DNA of 64,000 bases from Zancudomyces culisetae HAW-14-8. Lineage: Eukaryota; Fungi; Kickxellomycota. Below, in pieces: positions 56,556-64,000 of this stretch. Numbering within the stretch: the stretch's first letter is position 1; every line of letters starts with the position of its first letter. The stretch is from NCBI GenBank assembly GCA_052426225.1, contig JBNJNM010000006.1:1860001-1924000 (forward strand), in the 5' to 3' direction. Under the pieces are notes generated by a model, which did not search any database, had not been told where the DNA came from, and saw only the letters and a list, made by a program, of their open reading frames with translations. Both the position numbers and the translations under genes were made by a program.

Positions 56556-57305
56556 TGTTAGGAATGGCAATATATTCCAAAAAATGGATCTTTGTTGGAA
56601 TCGATCCTAAAATGTTAGGAATGGCAAATTTCCGGAACATAAATTTTAGTTTACATTTTTGTTCTATAAAAAATTAAACTATTTTATTATTTCACTTACG
56701 ACATTCAAATAAGCCATTCCGACATTGGAATCATGTATGCAAAATTCACCATGAAATCACAGTATTTATTATTGGGAAAATTGACAAAGAAAATTAAAGA
56801 AAATTTTCAATAATTAAATTTATAAAATTCATGTTAAAATCGATATACAAAATCATAGGCAAAATCGATATACAATATCGTAGGCAAAATAGATAACCAA
56901 AAACCATGATAAAATTGGATAACCAAAAACCATGATAAAATTCGATAAACAAAATACATGTTAAAATCGATAAACAAAATACATGTTAAAATCGATAAAG
57001 TAATCTCATGAATAAATCAAACAAGAAGTTTGATAAACTCAATTTTGATAGTTACTTTAAATTAGTTCATTTTTACATAGTAAAATTTTAAAACTAAAAA
57101 ATTATTATCACTAAGTTTTTTCATAGCAAATTTCTCTGATGAAAAAATATATAAACCCTTCGAAATTCCGTTGGGATACATCAGAGAAAAATATATCATT
57201 AACTCATCTAATAATATATTTTTCTAAATAACTACTTCTTCCTAATAAATAATAATACTGAATATTAATCACAGCATAGTTATAAGCAGCTCATTGTTTA
57301 TAACA
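56556..57305 (+). repeat. 3' LTR
   Basis: Direct repeat of 51262-52011. Confidence 0.97.
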
Positions 57306-58260
57306 GGTTTGGTCTATATTCAATAGTGTATAACTTTATTTTGTATCTAAAAGAATAGCACATAAATTAGTTATTATAAATAGAATAATTTACAAAAGTA
57401 TTACGAAAATAGTGAATCTGTATTTTCGTCAACAAACTGTCGCATCAAAGATCGACATATGGGCGTCTCACTCGGGTTATCGAGAGTGAGATGTGATGAT
57501 TTACCTAGTGCTTTACACCTATGAGGTTTTGCACTATGCGTATATCATCATTTCCCAAATAATAATTAATTTCGGATAGTTTTTATATTTTTTATAGTAT
57601 TTTAATATTTTAGCATATACGAGAAAAATGCATTTATGCTCTGCTTTTTCTCTTATACGATTATCGCATCATATTTTCTGATAAGTGTTTAATATACACT
57701 TTATTAAAACAAAACAATATTAACAAAATAACTAAGGTCCTACCGCATATTGGTAGTAAATAAACCATTTCAAAATACTAGAGAAAGCTGTAAAGTCGGA
57801 TAAGACCGACAAATGGAATATAAATTCAGACAAAACACATGTGTTTCATTATTAACAATTTGTATAAGAGTAGCCGGATGTGCCTGAAAATGGTACACTC
57901 AGTACGAAAATGCAATTTCATTTTTGTTTAATTTTTTTATAAATAAATTCAAATAATTTTGAGTTCAGTATCGAATCAATTTTTCATACTGAGCTAGTTC
58001 AATAATGATGAATGTAAAATGTAAAATGATCCCAGGCATTTTACATTTATCATTAATTACAAACAAATTATTAATAATATTATAACAATAGTCATATTTT
58101 AGTATATAGTTTATATATAGTGGTTTAAAATTTGAATAATATATTTAAGGAGACGTATGGATGACACATGAAAACCTCATCCATGTCTCGATACGGAATA
58201 AAGAAAATATAATTAAATAAATTTATATTATAAAAACCAAAATTAACTCTTTAAATTACA

Positions 58261-58659
58261 ATGTTTAACAACAACTGGATTGGAACTGGGGATGACTCCA
58301 GGAGGGAGTCATACACTTCTACCAGCATGAGCAGGGGCAGCAGCATGGATCAGGATGCAGGGGTATTAAGTCCCCGCACCCTTGGTGAGTTGACAGAAAG
58401 TGTCCGTCAACTCCAGATCCGTAGGAGCCCGGAAGAAATGTCGGTGAGTACAATTTCACCGACACTGTACAGGGGTATTAGCTCACCCGAGCACCCCTCG
58501 ATGCACATTGCATTACGCAATAGAAGTGCATCAACCATCAGTGATCGTACCAGAACCGGTATAACACGTGATGGTAGCGCTAATGGAAGTAGTGATACTT
58601 CACATTATGCGACACAACACATGTCATATAGTGGGCAGGAGAGCATGATGACTAATTAA
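58261..58659 (+). CDS. GC-rich Ser/Thr/Arg-rich ORF (132 aa), possibly a truncated retroelement gag N-terminus
   Basis: A GC-rich island with an ATG in AT-rich TE debris. It ends inside a 30-bp perfect palindrome. No domain recognised. Confidence 0.4.
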   Translation: MFNNNWIGTGDDSRRESYTSTSMSRGSSMDQDAGVLSPRTLGELTESVRQLQIRRSPEEMSVSTISPTLYRGISSPEHPSMHIALRNRSASTISDRTRTGITRDGSANGSSDTSHYATQHMSYSGQESMMTN

Positions 58660-59049
58660 TTAGTCATCATGCAAACGAACAAATTATTAGTTTGCGATAA
58701 CTAATGAGGATCAGTTTTTTTCACTATCGATCAAAATAACGTCAACTAGTTTTTTCTGATGACTCATAGTGTCGCAATACAAACGTTTGTTTAGTCATAT
58801 AATTTTTAATAGTAATTTATTGTTTTAGTATTAAAGAAGTTTAGTTTCAGTATCTTAGTTTAAATTAATTTTTACTAAGAAAGAAAAAAAGTATAAAAAA
58901 GGGAAATATTTGACAAAATAAAGAAAAATATACAGAAAATAATCAGTTAAAAATATAATTACCTTGTTATAGTTAATAACAATAACTTAAAGAAATATTA
59001 TAGAACAATTATAGTAAATACATATATTTTAGAAATAAAATATAACACA

Positions 59050-59414
59050 TGTCGTATAGTGCCAAATACGACTTTATTCAAACATTTTTAGTTATTTTAA
59101 TACTTAGTTTTATTGGTTAATTGAAATAATATTTTTTAGGAATTTTATTGGTTTAATTACGTAACCGTAAATAAGTGAAATTATTTCGGTTTGATTCAAA
59201 ATATATTTAGTATTTATTTTAGAGGAAGGAGAAAAGAGAGAGATATCAGATTCGAGATATAACAATAAAAATAGGTTTTGGAAATTCAACGTATATATTG
59301 ATTACGCGATTCAACGACTATATATTATTTAAAATATTACGATAATACTAGTTATTGAACAATTATATATATATATTAAACAAATAAAGTATAAATAAAT
59401 TCATTTATACGACA
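59050..59414. mobile_element. Solo LTR (365 bp) with a 4-bp TSD
   Basis: TGTCGTATA...TATACGACA 9-bp inverted termini, flanked by CACA on both sides (59046-59049 and 59415-59418). Confidence 0.8.
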
Positions 59415-59418
59415 CACA

Positions 59419-62400
59419 TGTTGTAAATATTTTTATGTTTATATTTATTTTATATTTTTATTTATAAGTTATTTATATTAAAGATAGATTTAAAGATTAA
59501 TAAAGTTGTTAATAAAATTAATGTTGTTGTTATCATGATGTCTTTCACTTTTGTCAAAAATCTAGGGTTTATATAGTTTTATTTCTCCTTGATTCACATT
59601 CTCGTTTGTATCAGGTTTTGGAGTTTTTCTGACAAGTTTCACTAAATATTGTGTTTCTTATCTTCTTCCCCTTGTTTTATCTTGTTTTAACTACTCCTGA
59701 TTAACATCTCATATCTTTTCCCCGTTTTTCACTAACGAGGTACATTGTAATTTATCATTAAGATAAATTACATTGATTTATTCTGAAACATAAAAGTGCG
59801 ATGATAATAATAGACGGTAATAATACTAATAAAATAATCAAATGTATGGGGAAAAACCCAGTGGGAAAAAATGTCCATACCTATACTATAAAAACTATTA
59901 CGACAGACCCCCTCCTAAACTTCGATCGTCCCGATTCGAATATGGGTGGTCCTTAAATCTTCTTAACACAGGCCTTATTGTGCTTGGTGCTACATCTGGA
60001 ATCATACCTTCTGATTCCCTATACGGTTTAAGTCTGTCTCCGTTTACTTGATCTAGGTTGTTCTCTTTGTCTCTGATAATGTAAGTTCCTCTCTCTAATA
60101 CTCTGACAACTGTGTACGGTCCTTCCCAAGATGCTGAAAACTTTGATGTCGGCATTTCTACTCTTTTTAGAACTTTATCCAGTAACTTGAACTTGAATAC
60201 GATAACTTTCTTATTGTACCTCTGTATTTCGTACTTTTTATTCTTAATCACCTTTTGAGAGGCTAGGTCCCTTATAACTGGTAGAGTGACTTCAACAAAT
60301 TTAAGTCTTTCTCTTAAAGCCTCCTCTTCATTTTCATTTGTGACTTCCGAATTCCATGTAACTGGAGTTCTCATATCACTTCCATATAGCATTTTGGATG
60401 GGGAGACACCTAAAACTCGGTGCTTCATTGTGCGAGCAATTAACATTGCTCTCCATAAATATCTGTACCAATTATCTCTATCTTTCCAACACAACTTGGA
60501 TAATACATTTTTCAAAGTTTGGTTAAATCTTTCGATTTGACCATTTGATTGTGGACGATAAGACGTTGTAGGATGGTGTTCTATACCAATAAACTTATAG
60601 GACTCATCAGAAATTTCACTTATAAAACCAGATCCTCTATCTGAGATTAGCTTTTTTGGAACGCCATGGTTCATAATCACATCATAAACCAAGAATTGGA
60701 CAATAGTTTCAGTTTGAATGTTTTCTACCGCCTTTGAAATAGGCCATTTCGTGTAGTAATCCATAGCGGTTAAGATATATCTGTTTCCATCCCTTGAAAC
60801 TGGGGAAATTGGACCTACAGCATCAATACCTAAGATTTCGAAAGGTTCGGAAGCTGTAATTGGAACCATTTCGTTTCTTCTTTTAGGTCCTCCCTTATAT
60901 CTTTGACATATCTCGCAAAAATTAACGACTTTTTTGACTAACTCAAATATATGTGGACCGGTATAAATCACTTTAACTTTCTCCCATGTATTGGAGATAC
61001 CAGTATGCTCATGATCATGTACCAACTTGATCTTTTGAAAAGCATTTTGTTCTGTGAGTACTTCTCTACGACCGAATTTCTTACTATATGAGTATAGAGT
61101 ACCATTATTTAATGTATATCTTGTGGACTGCAACCTTATCTTTTTCTTTGCTTCCTCGTCTGCCACTTCTGGGTAAGTCTTATTACTTAAGTATTGCATA
61201 ATGGCTCTATGTTTTTCCATCTCCATACTGAACAGTGTGATGCATTCTTTGTCTTCCTCATCTTCCGATTTAACTGGTATATCACTAGTACTTGCTGGTG
61301 TAGCCCTTGAGAGGTAGTCAGCAGGGTTTTTTGATCCTTTTCTGTGGCTAATCTCATAGTCATACTCTTTAAGGATGAGCGCCCACCGTGCTATTCTTCC
61401 TGTGGCTTGTTTAGAATGAAACAGATTTATCAGTGCAGAGTGATCTGTTATAATTCTGAATTTCCTGCCCCATACATAGTTCCTAAAATGGTTTACCGCC
61501 CAAATAACTCCTAGTCCTTCTAAATGAGTGGCGGAGTAATTTCTTTCGGCCTTGGTAAGTGTTCTGCTTGCGTATGCTACTGGGTGGTCTTTCCCGTTCT
61601 CCATTTGACTTAGAATTGCTCCTAATCCATTGGCTGATGCGTCAGTTGAGATTGTAAACATTATATCCCATGATGGATGTTTTAAAATTGGTGCTTCTTT
61701 TAACTTTATTTTTAAGGTGTCTACAGCGATAGCACAATCAGTGTTCCAGTTCCAAGGTACATCTTTTCTCAGTAAGAATGTGAGGGGACGTGCAATTGCT
61801 GCATAATTCTCAATAAACTTTCTGTAATATCCTGTCATTCCTAAGAAGCTTTGTACCTCTTTAATTGACTTTGGATAGCTTAAGTTTGCTACTGCCGCGG
61901 TTTTGTTAGGGTTGGTTTCAATCCCCTTTCCACTTATTACGTGGCCTAAATACTCAATGCGTTCCCAGGCGAAAACGCATTTAGTATAATTAAGTTTTAT
62001 TTTAGCCGCTCTTAAAAGGTCAAAAACGACTTTTAAATCTTTTAAGTGAGTTTCTATACTATCCGAAAAAACTACTATGTCATCGATAAAAACTACAACT
62101 GATTTCCACAAGACGGATCCTAGTACCTTTTCCATAAGCCTCTGAAAAGTTGCGGGACTATTAGATAATCCGAAGGGCATCACGTTGTAGCAAAATAATC
62201 CCTCACCTGGAAAAGAGAATGCAGTTTTATGTTTATCGGCTTCCTTGATACGGACTTGCCAGAATCCTGACAATGCATCTAATACGCTGTAGATAGTGGA
62301 TCCTGCTAGAGCTTCAAAAATGTCTTCTATTACCGGTAGTGGGTAATGGTCCTTTTGGGTCACAGCGTTCAATCTTCTGTAGTCTGAACAGATTCTGATA

Positions 62401-62991
62401 CCTCCGTTCTTTTTCCAAACGGTCACAACTGGTGCACACCAGTCTGACTTGCATGCCTCAATGACTCCGGCCGTTTCCATGCGTGATAACTCTTCCCTGA
62501 CTAGCTGCTTCATTGCTTGCGGTACACGATAGGGTCTCAACTTGATCGGAGCGTTGTTTCCTGTTTCGATCTCATGTTCAATTACATCAGTAAATTCCAA
62601 TTCTGTTAGGTCATTCGCCAATATATCCTTATTGTCTTCAAGTAGTTCTGAAATCCTAGAATCTGTTACGAGATCTGCACCAGCGTTCTCTACTCTGCAT
62701 ACCTCCTTGGCTATACTTATCATAACTTCATTCCTCAGCTTATCCTTATCTTTACTTAGTTCGAGTGGGACAACGAGGGAATCCTCGTGGACTGGCAGTA
62801 TAAGCTCCAAGGTGTTCAAGTCAATTACTGCCGCATGCGTTTTAAGCCAATCTGTACCTAATACCAGTGACTCATTTTTCCCTTCCATTTGTAGTAAGTT
62901 TGCGTCAAATCTTATCCCTTTAACTTCCACGGGTACATCTGAGATTTTGTTGGATACATAATGGTGTTTGCCATCAGCTGTTAGTATTACC
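59419..62991 (-). mobile_element. Ty3/Gypsy element without a chromodomain: 3' LTR ~59419-59905 plus pol, interrupted in the protease by the element at 62992
   Basis: The PPT (AGGAGGGGGTC on the minus strand) abuts TGTCGTAA at 59905. The putative LTR end is ...TTACAACA at 59419. Confidence 0.85.
59898..62991 (-). CDS. pol: Pol (partial PR, RT, RNase H, integrase with GPY/F; no chromodomain), open up to the insertion point
   Basis: VLGTDWL, FIDD, TDASANG, HDHEH...CEIC, GIDAVGP/SDRG/IERFN and WEGPY. The stop codon lies inside the 3' LTR. Confidence 0.92.
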
Positions 62992-64000
62992 TGTTAGATA
63001 CCAATATTATACACTATAATATTGATATTAACTAATTAACACACAGTTAATTTATAAAAGTTATTATTAATTATACTAGTTTAAAACACACAGTAATAAT
63101 ATAATATTAGTTAATAATATCTTTATTATTGTTAAACGAGATTGACAAACTTAATTGTTCATGAAAGGGATTAGTATTACCTTTTATACAATTAAGTTTG
63201 TACTAAAACTTTAATGTAAACTAAAACTATTAATATAACTAACATTAATAAACAAATAAACTAATATCATTAATATACACAATATTAATGATGATACATT
63301 ATATATTGATCATGTGTATCAATATTAATGTTTTAAACTAATTATTAAGTAATAATTAAATAATATAAACTAATAATTAATTAATATTAATGATACACAT
63401 TTAATATCATTAATATTAATTAATACCATATTGTATTTTAATATACAATATTGTTATGATACATGTGTATTCATAACACTACCCCCCCTCTTAAGGTTAC
63501 TTACTAAGTGTGTATTAATCTGACTCGCGTTCGTTTTCGATCTTACTGAGCCAAAATTCTTGTATTTTTTCGTGAGCGTTAACATCCTGTTCACGCTCCC
63601 AACTTCTTTCTTCTGGTCCATATCCTTCGTAATCAATGTAATAATATGTGGTACCATCAATTTCTTTTGTATCCAAAATTTTGTTCACAACATACTCAAT
63701 TTCATTATTGATGATTACTGGTGATGGTGGTCTGATGTTTGGTCGTATCACTAATTCTGATGTGTGATATTTTTCTAGTAATGATACATGAAATACTGGA
63801 TGTATCTTCATGTTTGGTGGTAATTGTAATTTGAATGTAGCATCATTAATCTTGCTTATAATTTTGTATGGACCAATCTTTTTGTTATCCAATTTGTTGG
63901 AGGGTCTGACAGTTTGTATATTTTTTCGTATTAGCCATACTTTATCACCTATTTTGAACTTTGGATGTTGTTTTCGCTTCCTATCAGCAAACTTTTTTCC
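62992..64000 (-). mobile_element. 3' end of a chromovirus (LTR 62992-63478, PPT, integrase C-terminus with chromodomain 63515-64000), continuing beyond the window
   Basis: KIGPYKI, KIHPVFHVSLL and chromodomain EYVVNKILD..YYIDYEGY..SWE. The PPT is AAGAGGGGGGGTAG and the LTR is homologous to 38119-38558. Confidence 0.9.

Larger units (their letters stand above)
51262..57305 (+). mobile_element. Intact full-length Ty3/Gypsy chromovirus (6044 bp)
   Basis: 750-bp LTRs at 51262-52011 and 56556-57305 (TGTTA...TAACA, no differences seen by eye), TSD GGTTT (51257-51261 / 57306-57310), PPT aaagatgggggtga at 56542-56555, and uninterrupted gag and pol. Confidence 0.97.

Noticed and set aside
59549-59635. 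Possible TATA-spanning stem (TTGTCAAAAA / TTTCTGACAA) in the 59419 LTR
   Set aside because: Only 10 bp with a mismatch over a ~70-nt loop, and there is no second copy to test covariation. Not counted with the hairpin finding.

Overview
Eukaryotic, intron-poor fungal DNA. An early-diverging lineage such as Zoopagomycota/Harpellales is an inference from gene style only. The window has two halves. Bases 1 to ~34 kb are gene-dense: a 3-exon NIF3, a probable URB2/Npa2, a GBF1/Gea-type Sec7 ARF-GEF, an orphan ORF, MCM6, and two tandem 504-aa LysP-like amino-acid permeases, each preceded by a ~98% identical 436-bp non-coding block. From ~36.4 kb to the end is an AT-rich, deeply nested transposon cluster. 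It holds one intact, very young Ty3/Gypsy chromovirus (750-bp LTRs, GGTTT target-site duplication (TSD)), several truncated or decayed gypsy elements, many solo LTRs (three with verifiable TSDs) and a DD34E Tc1 transposase. The most notable signal is in the LTRs. Two unrelated chromoviruses have primer-binding sites (PBS) complementary to their own LTR about 35 nt downstream of a TATA box, as in Tf1-type self-priming. At least four LTR families carry an inverted repeat, with compensatory changes, that pairs U3 sequence with that predicted primer/TSS segment, a candidate 'anti-primer' hairpin. Several LTR families also begin with TG...CA fold-back palindromes.
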